Source: Spirochaetota bacterium
GTDB lineage: Bacteria; Spirochaetota; UBA4802; UBA5550
Length of the DNA stretch: 64,000 bases
Direction: 5' to 3'
Assembly (NCBI GenBank): GCA_016928865.1
Contig: JAFGJX010000067.1
Span: forward strand, 55,618-119,617
Part shown: piece after piece, positions 53,906-63,884 of the stretch
Layout: each line of letters begins with the position of its first letter
How positions within the stretch are numbered: the first letter of the stretch is position 1
The notes under the pieces: model-generated
What the model was told of the DNA's origin: nothing
The model's input: the letters and a program-made list of their open reading frames with translations, nothing else
The model's database searches: none
Made by a program: the position numbers and the translations under genes

Positions 53906-55609
53906 TCAGCATACCCGCAGCACTTCCTCCACGGTGGTGGTCCCTTCAATAGATTTATCTATGCCGTCTTGCAGAAGGGCCTTCATACCTTCCTTGATGG
54001 CGAATTCCTTGATCAGGGGCGCCTCGGCGTGCTCCATTATCAGCTTCCGAACGCCGGACGTCAGTATCAGGAGCTCAAAGATGCCGAGCCTGCCCGCGTA
54101 GCCGGTATTCAGGCAGTTCTCGCATCCTTTCCCGCGAAAGAGCTTGCCCCCTTTGAGCTGTGAGGGCTTGATCCCGAGCTCGGCCAGCATTTTGGGAGAG
54201 GGCTTGTACGCTTCCCTGCAGGACGGGCATATTTTCCGTACCAGGCGCTGTGCGAGGTAGGCGTTTACCGAGGAGGTTATCAGGAACGGCTCTATTCCCA
54301 TGTCAATGAGCCGGGTGATGCCGCTCGCCGCGTCATTGGTATGCAGGGTTGAGAAGACCCGGTGGCCGGTCAGGGCCGCCTGGACCGCGATCTCCGCGGT
54401 TTCGAGGTCGCGGATCTCGCCCACCATCACGATATCGGGGTCCTGGCGCAATATGGAGCGCAGGCCGCTGGCGAAGGTGAGGTTGATCGATGGCTTGACC
54501 TGCATCTGTCCGATGCCGGGAATCTGGTACTCGATCGGGTCTTCAACCGTGAGTATGTTCACGTCGTCGCTGTTCAGCTTTGACAGGACGCTGTACAGGG
54601 TGGTGGACTTGCCGCTTCCCGTAGGCCCGGTTACCAGGACGATGCCATAGGTCTTCTGTATGAGCTTGTCGAATTCGCTCAGGGTATGCGCGTCAAAGCC
54701 GATGGCGCCCAGGTCGAAGCTCATGTCGGACTTGTTCAGTATCCGGAGGACGATCCGCTCGCCGTAGTAGGTCGGGAACGTGGAGACCCTGATGTCGATG
54801 TCCTTCCCGGCGATCTTGAGCTGGATGCGGCCGTCCTGGGGCAGGCGGTTCTCGGCGATGTTTAGGTTCGCCATAATCTTGATGCGTGATATGATCGCTC
54901 CCTGGTATTTTTTCGGGGGCGTGTACATGTTGTAGAGGATGCCGTCTATCCTGAAGCGTACGGTAAGCTCCTTTTCAAACGGCTCCACGTGGATGTCGCT
55001 GGCGCGGTCGGTCACCGCCTGCTTGATGAAGGTGTTCACCAGGCGGATGATGGGGGCCTCGTTGGCCATGTCCATGATGTCCTGGGTCTCGGAGATCGAG
55101 GAGGTAAGGATCTCAAAGTCAGATTCCTCGAGGTCTTCGATGACATCGTCGGTGGATTCCGACTTCATGGCTGTGAAATGCAGGGTGATGATCCGCTGTA
55201 TCTCGTCATCTGTGGTCAGGACGGCGAGAAAGTCATAAACGGGAAAGAGCATCTTGAGATCGTCCAGAGGCTGTATGTTCAGGACGTCTACGATACCGAC
55301 CAGTATGGTGTCGCCCTTCTTCTTGAAAGGCACCATCCTGTTTTTCTTCATAAAATGAACCGGTATATTCGAAAAAAGGTTCTCCGGATCGGCGAAATCG
55401 ATATGAGGCACAAAGTCCATATCGTATTGTTCCGCCAGGCAGGTCAGAACATCTTCCTGCGAGGAGATGCCTCTTTTTATCAGTATCTGACCGAGCCGGA
55501 GAGGGGTCGCCTTCTGGGCCAGGAGCGCCTCCTGGAGCTCTTCATTCGTGATGAATTTCCGCTCCACAAGGATTTCGCCCAGGAATTTTTTGGTCTTGAT
55601 TTTCGGCAT
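53906..55609 (-). CDS. gspE: T2SS ATPase E
   Basis: Walker A VTGPTGSGKSTT, Asp box, Walker B IVMVGEIRD, tetracysteine CPSC...CENC, and an N-terminal GspE_N domain. Confidence 0.95.
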   Translation of the reverse strand: MPKIKTKKFLGEILVERKFITNEELQEALLAQKATPLRLGQILIKRGISSQEDVLTCLAEQYDMDFVPHIDFADPENLFSNIPVHFMKKNRMVPFKKKGDTILVGIVDVLNIQPLDDLKMLFPVYDFLAVLTTDDEIQRIITLHFTAMKSESTDDVIEDLEESDFEILTSSISETQDIMDMANEAPIIRLVNTFIKQAVTDRASDIHVEPFEKELTVRFRIDGILYNMYTPPKKYQGAIISRIKIMANLNIAENRLPQDGRIQLKIAGKDIDIRVSTFPTYYGERIVLRILNKSDMSFDLGAIGFDAHTLSEFDKLIQKTYGIVLVTGPTGSGKSTTLYSVLSKLNSDDVNILTVEDPIEYQIPGIGQMQVKPSINLTFASGLRSILRQDPDIVMVGEIRDLETAEIAVQAALTGHRVFSTLHTNDAASGITRLIDMGIEPFLITSSVNAYLAQRLVRKICPSCREAYKPSPKMLAELGIKPSQLKGGKLFRGKGCENCLNTGYAGRLGIFELLILTSGVRKLIMEHAEAPLIKEFAIKEGMKALLQDGIDKSIEGTTTVEEVLRVC

Positions 55610-55612
55610 GGT

Positions 55613-57370
55613 CTATTTTTTCCTGAGTCTCCTCATGGTTTCCATCTTTTCCTTGGTGATGGAATCAAGCCTTGACTTTTTAGTGACTATATGCGGCGTG
55701 ATGAAGACAAGGAGGTTTGTTTTCTTGTAATTAACTTTCTTGTTTTTAAAGAGCCACCCGAGCACGGGAATATCGCCCAGCAGGGGTACCTTCGATTCAG
55801 AGACGTCCTTCTTGTTGCTGATGAGGCCTCCCACCACGATGGTCTTGCCGTCGTAAACGGTGACCTTGGTCTTTATATCGCGTTTACCGAGCTTCGGCGG
55901 CACCACGGTGCCGCCAGCGAGCTGTGTCGTTTCACCCAGGATGTTGTTGACCTCCTGGTAGAGGTCGAGGGTGATGCGCTTCTTCTGGGTGATATGGGGC
56001 GTGATCTTCAGCTTGATGCCAACGGTCTTGTACTCGTATGTCTGGAACGTCGTGTTCTGGTCCGTGATGCGGTTGTTCGTCGGCACGCCGATTTCCTCGC
56101 CCACGTTGAGCTCAGCCTCGCTGTTGTCAACGGTCAGGACCTGCGGGGTTGAAAGGATGTTGAAGTTGCTGTCGGTCGCTGACGCGTTCAGGAGGGCGAA
56201 TGACAGGATGCTGATGTCGGGCATATACCCGATCTGGAACCCCTGGTTGATGGGGAGGGCAAGCGACTTGGTGGCGTCGATTCCCTGAGGCAGCGTCCAG
56301 TTCGCGATGTTCGTGCTGTTGATGTTGGATCCGCCGTACATGTGCACGCCGCTCTTGTTGCCCAGCATCCAGTCGATGCCGAATCCCCAGCCGTTTTCAA
56401 CTGACACCTCGACGATCATGGCCTCGATCAGCACCTGTTCCCGGACGATGTCCAGCTGCTTGATGACGCGGAGTATTTCAGCGTATTCATCGGACCGCGC
56501 CGTGATAATAAGCGAGTTTGTCTCCTTGTTGGAAATAATCGAAAGCTTGGAGGTCTTGTCAGCGCCGGCTCCCTGCTGCTGCGTCACCCTCCTGACCTTG
56601 CTCGACGGGGTTACCTGCTGGGGCTGCGGGACCGGGGAGGTGTCGATCCGGGCCGTGTCGGAAAAGGGGATCCTTGCAAGCACCGCGGCAAGGTCGTCCG
56701 CGTTGGCGTTTTCAAGGTGATACACGTGTATGTTGCCGCTCGTTCGTTCCGGCCCTTCCGGCGATACCTTTTCGTCTAGGGATTTCGCGATGGTGATGAG
56801 GCCGTTCACCTCCGAGGTTATTCCCGTGAATATAAGTATGTTAAGGGACTGGTATACGACAACATCCGTGGTCTTTGACTTCAGGGAGCGAAGGGCGTTC
56901 GCCACTTCGTTCGCGTCCGCGTTTTTCAGCTCAAGAAGGTAGGTGATGGATCTCTCGTCGGTCATCGGCTTGCCGTCGACAATTATGGAGGAATTTTTCT
57001 TTATAGCCTCCTCGATCGGAAGCACCTTGATGAGGTTCGGCGTTTCAACGATCGAAAGTCCTTTCACCTCAAGGATAGCCTTCATGACATTGTACGCTTC
57101 GCTGAGGGGGACTTTACGCGCAGAGCTGATGGATATTTTCCCCTTGACGCGGTCATCGATGATAATGTTTTTCTTGATCAGGCCGCCCATGACGTTGATG
57201 AACTCGGTGATCTCGACGTCCTTGAAATTGAGGGCGAACATCTTCGGGCCTCGCGCCTTCTTCGGAGCGGCAAATACGACCGAAGGAGCATGTATGGGCG
57301 CATTCATGAAGCTGGCGGCCATGATCAGCGCGCTGATAAGAATGGTTTTTCTAACAATTGCTGAATTCAT
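55613..57370 (-). CDS. gspD: T2SS secretin D
   Basis: Signal peptide, N0-N3 domains and the secretin core (VTVYDGKTIVVGGLI...VPLLGDIPVLGWLFK). Confidence 0.92.
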   Translation of the reverse strand: MNSAIVRKTILISALIMAASFMNAPIHAPSVVFAAPKKARGPKMFALNFKDVEITEFINVMGGLIKKNIIIDDRVKGKISISSARKVPLSEAYNVMKAILEVKGLSIVETPNLIKVLPIEEAIKKNSSIIVDGKPMTDERSITYLLELKNADANEVANALRSLKSKTTDVVVYQSLNILIFTGITSEVNGLITIAKSLDEKVSPEGPERTSGNIHVYHLENANADDLAAVLARIPFSDTARIDTSPVPQPQQVTPSSKVRRVTQQQGAGADKTSKLSIISNKETNSLIITARSDEYAEILRVIKQLDIVREQVLIEAMIVEVSVENGWGFGIDWMLGNKSGVHMYGGSNINSTNIANWTLPQGIDATKSLALPINQGFQIGYMPDISILSFALLNASATDSNFNILSTPQVLTVDNSEAELNVGEEIGVPTNNRITDQNTTFQTYEYKTVGIKLKITPHITQKKRITLDLYQEVNNILGETTQLAGGTVVPPKLGKRDIKTKVTVYDGKTIVVGGLISNKKDVSESKVPLLGDIPVLGWLFKNKKVNYKKTNLLVFITPHIVTKKSRLDSITKEKMETMRRLRKK

Positions 57371-57394
57371 TACTCTTCCCTTGCATGACGCTAG

Positions 57395-58252
57395 TTAGTC
57401 TGTTATGTTAAAATCGTATCGTATGTCTTTCCCGCCCCTCTCGAGGTCGATTGTGATCTTTGGATCGTTTTTAATTGTTTCCCACATCGACATGAGCTTC
57501 TGCGTGCTGTCGAGAGACTGTCCGTTGACTCGCTTGATAATGTCGCCGCTCCTGGCGCCGAGCTTGAACAGGATATTGTGGGGCCGTACGGATATGAGGC
57601 GGTAGCCCATGATATTCCCGTTAACGCGATACGGACCAGCCTGGAGTCCCCGCAGCGCGTTGTCCATGTTGTTGAACACCTTTTGCTTTATTTCAGCCCT
57701 GCTCAGGGTCTGTGTGAATTGCTGGGCCCCGGCGCCCGCTCCGGGGGGTGCGTTCGGCGCCACGACCTGCTTTGCATACAGCTCAAGTGCGACTTTCTGT
57801 CCGCCGACCTCGAGGTAGACCCTGGAGTCGCCTATGCCAACCAGTTTGTTGCCATAGACATCATTGCCGACCTCGCTGTTTACCTTGTATAGCGCAAATA
57901 TGCCGGGGCTTTTTTCCCCGGTTTTGAGTATCATTGCCCGGGAGATGCTCCAGGGGCCTGAGATGGTGCCAAGCAGCGTCAGTTCGCTGACGCCGGCACC
58001 CGGAAGAGCCTGGGTCTCTCCGGCAAGATCACCGGGGCTGGCGACCTGGAAAAAACCGCATTCTGAAATGATATTGTAGTCCTCGAAATTTTTCCTGATT
58101 TGTGCAGTGTACGGTTTTCTGGAAGAGGAGGTCGGCCTCGTGTAGGTTGGAGATATGTTGTACTTAATGACCTGGTTTATCGTGGACGCGAGTAAAAACG
58201 AAAAGATCATTATTGAAAGTATGTTCAAGGAATGATATTTTAAATTCTGCAT
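57395..58252 (-). CDS. gspC: T2SS protein C (PDZ-containing)
   Basis: N-terminal TM and a C-terminal PDZ domain (GYRLISVRPHNILFKLGARSGDIIKRVNGQSL). It sits immediately upstream of gspD. ATG 58252 preferred over TTG 58261. Confidence 0.7.
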   Translation of the reverse strand: MQNLKYHSLNILSIMIFSFLLASTINQVIKYNISPTYTRPTSSSRKPYTAQIRKNFEDYNIISECGFFQVASPGDLAGETQALPGAGVSELTLLGTISGPWSISRAMILKTGEKSPGIFALYKVNSEVGNDVYGNKLVGIGDSRVYLEVGGQKVALELYAKQVVAPNAPPGAGAGAQQFTQTLSRAEIKQKVFNNMDNALRGLQAGPYRVNGNIMGYRLISVRPHNILFKLGARSGDIIKRVNGQSLDSTQKLMSMWETIKNDPKITIDLERGGKDIRYDFNITD

Positions 58253-58386
58253 GAATGGCAAAAACCTGTTATTACGTCAGCGTTCCTTACATCATCCGAC
58301 AAGATATAAGTGAAACAAGTATGGCGATCAAAATATATTATTTTTTATATAAATTCATCATATAATATCAATTTTAGTCAAGTAAT

Positions 58387-59067
58387 TTACTCAATAATCG
58401 GATTTTTTGAAGGGTCAGCTTTCAATGTAGTACTCTGGCCACCTGGAATATATTTATTTAACTTTTTCTTTATGAAATACAGAAGTAGCGCGCCTAGAAC
58501 CATAAGAACAATGAACAGTTTATACCTGTTTAAATAAGGTATAATTTGCTGGAAATTGTTACCAAAAGAATATCCCAGGTAAAACAGCACGGAAGATGTG
58601 CAGATCAGGGCGCATAAATCAATGATGAGGAATTTTATAAAATTCAATCGGATGAGACCGCTGGTCATGAAAAGTATATTCCTCATCCCGAATGGTATAA
58701 AACGCCCGAAGAAGAGTGTTTTACCTCCATATTTAATAAAGTATGCGGTTACAATTCCGATTTTTTTTTCTATCCTTTCCCTGTTAATGATATTGAGCCG
58801 AATGAGGGCGTTGCCGAACAGGACCCTGTGCAGACCGAACCTGCCAATCAGGTATGCCTCGATGTCGCTCAGCATGGCACCCAGGAAGCATCCGGCAAAG
58901 ATGTATAATGTATTTTCCGGCACAACGGTGGCGGCGAGTGAGGCGGATACAATGAAGACGATATCTTCTGAAATGGGAAGGCTTAATCCTGCAAGAATAA
59001 GGAGAATAAACGAGACATACTGGACATAAGGCGCCATCTCTATCAGGAACGCTTGTATATCGAACAT
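58387..59067 (-). CDS. DedA / SNARE-associated family membrane protein
   Basis: LAGLSLPISEDIVFIVSASLAA and the typical DedA re-entrant helix pattern. Confidence 0.75.
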   Translation of the reverse strand: MFDIQAFLIEMAPYVQYVSFILLILAGLSLPISEDIVFIVSASLAATVVPENTLYIFAGCFLGAMLSDIEAYLIGRFGLHRVLFGNALIRLNIINRERIEKKIGIVTAYFIKYGGKTLFFGRFIPFGMRNILFMTSGLIRLNFIKFLIIDLCALICTSSVLFYLGYSFGNNFQQIIPYLNRYKLFIVLMVLGALLLYFIKKKLNKYIPGGQSTTLKADPSKNPIIE

Positions 59068-59087
59068 GTTCAGGCAACCTTATTGCA

Positions 59088-59414
59088 TTACCGGACGATG
59101 AACGGCTTTGCCTTGATTGCAGGCATGCCTTTTTTTATCCACAGTCGCACCTTCATGGCGCTTTCACCGTCCTCGTTCGTTATTGTGTCAATTTCTTCTA
59201 CGCTGGCAATAGAGTCAACAGCGAATTCATAGAATTCAGTATTTTTCGAAAAGGGATCGGTGAGGAGTATCAGGATATTTTCATCTTTAGGATGTTTTTT
59301 GGGGGTCCCGATAAATGAACGGTATGACTTGCGGGCGTCGGCATCATGAAATTTTTCGACCGCAAATTTTTTTTCCGACTTTTCAATGAGTTTCCTGATA
59401 TAACTATCGGCCAT
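59088..59414 (-). CDS. Hypothetical protein, 108 aa
   Basis: Clean ORF 20 nt upstream of the DedA gene. No motif recognised. Confidence 0.45.
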   Translation of the reverse strand: MADSYIRKLIEKSEKKFAVEKFHDADARKSYRSFIGTPKKHPKDENILILLTDPFSKNTEFYEFAVDSIASVEEIDTITNEDGESAMKVRLWIKKGMPAIKAKPFIVR

Positions 59415-59619
59415 GATGAGCTCCGGAACGATTCAGGCGTGTATACCGCCAGGCGCCTGATTTTTGTTCAATTTGCCAAATTAACTTGACTCAAATAGTA
59501 TTTTTATACAAAATTGCGCAATACTCTCAACCTGGGCTATGCGTACACGGCGCGAAAGCCCGCTGTTAACAATTGATTCTAAACATAACTCTGCAATTTT
59601 ATTAGTAAACAAAATATTT

Positions 59620-61860
59620 ATGAAATTGAAAAAAAAATATGCCATAACGGCGGTCGTCATTGCCATAGTCATAATAAACAGCCTTGCCACCCTCCGTCTC
59701 ATGTTTGCTGTCGTATATCCGGAACGCCTGCTCAAAGAACAGGTCACTGAGTATTTCAAGGAAAATCTCGGTAAAGCGGTTAAATTTGAAGACATCTATA
59801 TCGATGCTTTGGGGAACATAATGATCTCCTGTTTTGATGTTTCCATTGCAAGCGATTTTAACGACAATATCAGTCTTGTCAGGAGCGCGTCAACGAGAAT
59901 TCGACTCAACTTCTTAAGCCTCATTACCGGCAGCATGCGTATCATGGGCGTTGATTTTTATAGTGCAGATATAACGATCATTAAAAAATACGGAAAAAGC
60001 TACCGGGAGAGTTTGCAGACGCTGATCGATACGGAGCGGCTTATCGCAAGGATCAAGAAATCAGGAGAAGCGTTGAATCTGTCATTCAAGGGCTCACGGC
60101 TTTTTTACCGGGATTCTCTGCGCGATGGGCAGGTGCTGCTTGAAATGTACAAGATGGGGGCCGAGCTGAAGATCGATCCATCAGTGCTTTCATATACTGC
60201 AAGTGGGAAGGTCAAGCCGTACAAAACAGAAATACTTCGCAGCGGAAAATTCAAATCCAGCGGCACAATCGATATACGCCCGGGTGAGGCGTGGGAGCAC
60301 AGGCTGGAGGTTGAAAATTTCGATCTTACCTACCTGAATGAATATATTACCGAATACAAGATTGCGGACATTTCTCTCAATGGAGGCATTTCTGCTGACA
60401 TGGCGATCGGCGCCAGAAAGGGCGTACTGTCACTGGCGGGCAAAGTGGAGCTTAATTCCCTGAGTGCGTCATCGATCGCAAAGAGATTCGAGCTGATTTC
60501 CGGCGAAAATATGGACATTGACATCGATATGACCGCTGACACGAAGGCGCGCAGATATACCCTGCGAAGATTCAGTCTGAAAGATGGAGTGATTGCACTC
60601 GATGCATCGGGCATGTATGCCGGGAATGATGCAGAGGAGGCCCTGGCATTGAAGTTTAAGACAAACTCGATCGACCTTTCCGATCTGTCAAGAACGCTGA
60701 CTCCGATCAAGAACATCGAGTATTCAGGAACGCTTCAATGCGACGGCAGCATGGCAATGGATATCAAGAAAAACACTGTCTCGGAAATGCGCGCCGGGAT
60801 CATGCTCGACCGGTTCAAAGTGGTGGAAACTGAACGCGGAAATGACGTGACGCTCATAGGGGACACGTCGGCGCGTGTCACGGTTACCGGATCATCGATA
60901 GACCTTGATGTCACGGCCGCACCGCTTGATTCTGACCTCGTGATCAAAGGGAGGACCGGCATTACAAGCTGGTCGCCGTTCAGATCTGACACGAAAGTGA
61001 CTGTCAGTTCAAAAAGGATGAATATTGAAAATATACGCCTTCCTCTATTCCGCTTCATGAACTGGGCATACGAGTCCGCCTATGAGGACAAGCGCGGCGG
61101 GAAGGAGATGACCCCGTTTGGCAAGAGCATACTCGGTTCGTTTCTTAATAACAATAATGTGGATTTCACCAGTTCGTTCGATACTCTCTTTTATGAAAAA
61201 AGCAACGGCATTAAGAATGTCGTGCTGAAAGCGGGTCTGAACAGGGGAACGGGAATGCTGCGGGAATTCAACGCGACCGGATATGACGCGCGATGCGCTA
61301 TCTCCGGGCAGGCATATTTTAGCGGTGACCGGCCGTACATCAAGATATACGGTACCGTTGATAATTTCGATCTGGGACGTTTTCTGGCGGAGAGCGGAAT
61401 GAGCGGCTCGCTCTCAGGGCTGGCGCGCGCTGAATTTTCTTACGAGGTGTCTTTTTCGAGGATCGGGGAAATCCTCGATACCGCCCGGGGGAGCCTGAAT
61501 GTTCTGGTTGGCAGGGGTGATATGAAGCATACGAGGTTTCAGCGCGAACTCATGTCATTCCTTTCAAAGGCGGGTCATGAAGCGTCGCCCGTTGCCATGG
61601 TCAATTTCGAGCAGATATCGCTCTCTCTGTCGGAGATCGGTGAGAACTTCTGGCTCAGCAATACGGGCATTCGCGGGGATTCGCTTCTTTTCAACATCGC
61701 CGGGGATTACCTGTATGAGGGAGGCATTAACACCGGGTTCCGGCTGGTTTTCAAGAAAGATGACGGGATGGCAAACATCCCCATCGATCTGAAGGGCCCA
61801 ATACTGGCGCCCTGCGTGACAGTCTCTTATAAAAAAGATTCGCCGCGGCTCTGCTTCTAG
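59620..61860 (+). CDS. AsmA-family envelope protein
   Basis: N-terminal anchor (ITAVVIAIVIINSLATL), a long repetitive beta-rich body and an AsmA-like C-terminal block (IPIDLKGPILAPCVTVS). Start at ATG 59620. Confidence 0.6.
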   Translation: MKLKKKYAITAVVIAIVIINSLATLRLMFAVVYPERLLKEQVTEYFKENLGKAVKFEDIYIDALGNIMISCFDVSIASDFNDNISLVRSASTRIRLNFLSLITGSMRIMGVDFYSADITIIKKYGKSYRESLQTLIDTERLIARIKKSGEALNLSFKGSRLFYRDSLRDGQVLLEMYKMGAELKIDPSVLSYTASGKVKPYKTEILRSGKFKSSGTIDIRPGEAWEHRLEVENFDLTYLNEYITEYKIADISLNGGISADMAIGARKGVLSLAGKVELNSLSASSIAKRFELISGENMDIDIDMTADTKARRYTLRRFSLKDGVIALDASGMYAGNDAEEALALKFKTNSIDLSDLSRTLTPIKNIEYSGTLQCDGSMAMDIKKNTVSEMRAGIMLDRFKVVETERGNDVTLIGDTSARVTVTGSSIDLDVTAAPLDSDLVIKGRTGITSWSPFRSDTKVTVSSKRMNIENIRLPLFRFMNWAYESAYEDKRGGKEMTPFGKSILGSFLNNNNVDFTSSFDTLFYEKSNGIKNVVLKAGLNRGTGMLREFNATGYDARCAISGQAYFSGDRPYIKIYGTVDNFDLGRFLAESGMSGSLSGLARAEFSYEVSFSRIGEILDTARGSLNVLVGRGDMKHTRFQRELMSFLSKAGHEASPVAMVNFEQISLSLSEIGENFWLSNTGIRGDSLLFNIAGDYLYEGGINTGFRLVFKKDDGMANIPIDLKGPILAPCVTVSYKKDSPRLCF

Positions 61861-61871
61861 AAGATCGACGT

Positions 61872-63884
61872 CTACTCCTTGATGTCTATAAGCTCATAAA
61901 TCGTTACCGGACGTTCTTTCCCCTTGACGCGTATCAGGTCAAGCTCGCGGGATATTACCCGGTCTTTCACGCCTGCATAGGTGTATTCGCTAATGATGAT
62001 GTTCGTGCTGTATATTTTATTGGTTCCCTCGAGACGGGCGCCCAGATTAACCATGTCACCGATAAGCGTGTAATCCATCCTGGACGACGACCCGACATTG
62101 CCGACGATCATCGGGCCGGAATTGATGCCGATGCCTATATCGATCTGCTCCTTTTTCTCCTGTGCCCACGCGTCATTGATTTCGTGAAGTTTGACCATCA
62201 TCTCAATCGCGGCCCTGCAGGCAAGAAACGCGTGATCCTGCTGCGGTATGGGCGCGCCCCAGAACGCCATAATTTCGTCTCCGACGTATTTATCCAGGGT
62301 GCCGTCGTATTTTATCACGATGTCGGTCATGACCTGCAGGTAATAATTGAGGTGGACAACCAGTTCCTCGGGGGTCATTCGCTCGGAGAGGGTGGTAAAG
62401 CCCCTGATGTCTGAAAAGAGCACTGTCACGGTCTTTTTCTCGCCGCCGAGCTTGAGCATTTCAGGGCTCTTCAGGAGCTCGTCGACCACGGATTTGGACA
62501 CGAATTTCGAGAAGGTCTGCCTGATATATCGCTTTTCACGCTGTTCGGTAAGGACCCGATAGGTAATGATCAGGGTGAATGACAGGCCGATCTGTATAAC
62601 CGGAGTGGAGAACGCCGGCATGTAGCTGAAAAGATCGAAAACGGTATAGGCCCCGACCATATACAGGATAGAAAAAATGATAGTTATGACAAGCGAGGCA
62701 ATGATTGAGATGCGCGGGAGCAAAAGACCCAGCATAAGGGCGATAGCGAGCATTATAATAAGATTCTGAATTTCGGTGAGCTTGTGTAAAAAGTTCTGAT
62801 TGAGGATGGTATTGAGGGCGTTGGCGTGATGCTCGATGCCGTAAATCGCGCCATAGGGAGATTGCTTTTCGTCGGTGGCGATACCGGTCGCGGCGTAGGC
62901 CGCCACAAGGACAATCTTGTCCTTGAGAGACGTGTTGTTTTCCTTCAACATGTCGCCGTCCCGATAAAAGTAGCTGTACGGATAATGCTCGAAACTCCCA
63001 TATCCTCCGACAAAATTGACATCCATGAAGCCGTGCCTGTCGATCGGGATCATGATCTCGCGGTTATTATTCGGCCTGGCCATCTTGGCGGCGGGAAGGT
63101 TCTTCAGCTTGATATGTTCACCCCATTTGATCTCTACGTCTTTTTTGCTGATGCCAAAATAGTGCATCACGACGAGGAGGTCAATATTGGGGTAGTAGTA
63201 TCCATCCCACTTTATCAGGATAGGCATATTCCGGATGATATTGTCCGCTTCGGGTATGAGGTTGACGTTCGCAAAGCCGATGCCGCGCGCGGCGCTTGAC
63301 AGTTCCGGTGTTGGCGGGACCGCCTCTTCAACCAGATTCTTCGTTGTGTCGGACGGGTCAACCGGGAAACGGATCTTCTCCATGAATGTGAGGCGCTTGC
63401 CCTGGTCGGCATAGTCCCTGTCGATGCTTCTGGTCTCAAATGGAAAGTCGAGATATACGCTGCCCGCCTCACGTATCGCGACCGCGAGCTTGTCTTCATG
63501 CTCCTTGTGGTCAAGGAACATGACGTCAAAGAGAATGGCGAGCGGTTTGCCCGAGCCGACATATCGGATGAATTTAGCGTGGATGTCCCAGGGGAAGGGC
63601 CACTGGATGCCCTGGTCGGAGAAATGGCGGATGGTTCGTTCGTCGATGCCGATAATGATGATGTCCTTCCTCGCCCGCTTGTTCGGAAGGCGGAGTTCCG
63701 CGCCCTTCTGGATCACTTCGGATTTTTCAGCCGGGTCGCGGAGAAAAAACATGAAGTTGTTGGCGCCCAGCTCTATGCGGTCAAGTATGGTTGTGAAAAA
63801 GAACATAAAGCCAAGGACCGCGAATACAGCGATGGTGAGGATAAACCCGATGATATGGTTTCTTTCAAATTTAATGGTGGCCAT
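61872..63884 (-). CDS. CHASE2-sensor class III adenylate/guanylate cyclase
   Basis: TM, a large periplasmic CHASE2-type domain, three TMs, then the cyclase domain (VTVLFSDIRGFTTLSE, KYVGDEIMAFWGAP, GNVGSSSRMDYTLIGDMVNLGARLE). Start at ATG 63884. Confidence 0.88.
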   Translation of the reverse strand: MATIKFERNHIIGFILTIAVFAVLGFMFFFTTILDRIELGANNFMFFLRDPAEKSEVIQKGAELRLPNKRARKDIIIIGIDERTIRHFSDQGIQWPFPWDIHAKFIRYVGSGKPLAILFDVMFLDHKEHEDKLAVAIREAGSVYLDFPFETRSIDRDYADQGKRLTFMEKIRFPVDPSDTTKNLVEEAVPPTPELSSAARGIGFANVNLIPEADNIIRNMPILIKWDGYYYPNIDLLVVMHYFGISKKDVEIKWGEHIKLKNLPAAKMARPNNNREIMIPIDRHGFMDVNFVGGYGSFEHYPYSYFYRDGDMLKENNTSLKDKIVLVAAYAATGIATDEKQSPYGAIYGIEHHANALNTILNQNFLHKLTEIQNLIIMLAIALMLGLLLPRISIIASLVITIIFSILYMVGAYTVFDLFSYMPAFSTPVIQIGLSFTLIITYRVLTEQREKRYIRQTFSKFVSKSVVDELLKSPEMLKLGGEKKTVTVLFSDIRGFTTLSERMTPEELVVHLNYYLQVMTDIVIKYDGTLDKYVGDEIMAFWGAPIPQQDHAFLACRAAIEMMVKLHEINDAWAQEKKEQIDIGIGINSGPMIVGNVGSSSRMDYTLIGDMVNLGARLEGTNKIYSTNIIISEYTYAGVKDRVISRELDLIRVKGKERPVTIYELIDIKE

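Noticed and set aside
57352-57360. Recurrence of the operator half TAACAATTG at 57352-57360 (inside the gspD start region) and 59567-59575 (upstream of the AsmA-like gene)
   Set aside because: Only a 9-mer is shared and neither site reconstitutes the full dyad. Three hits of an AT-rich 9-mer in 128 kb of two-strand sequence is weak evidence.
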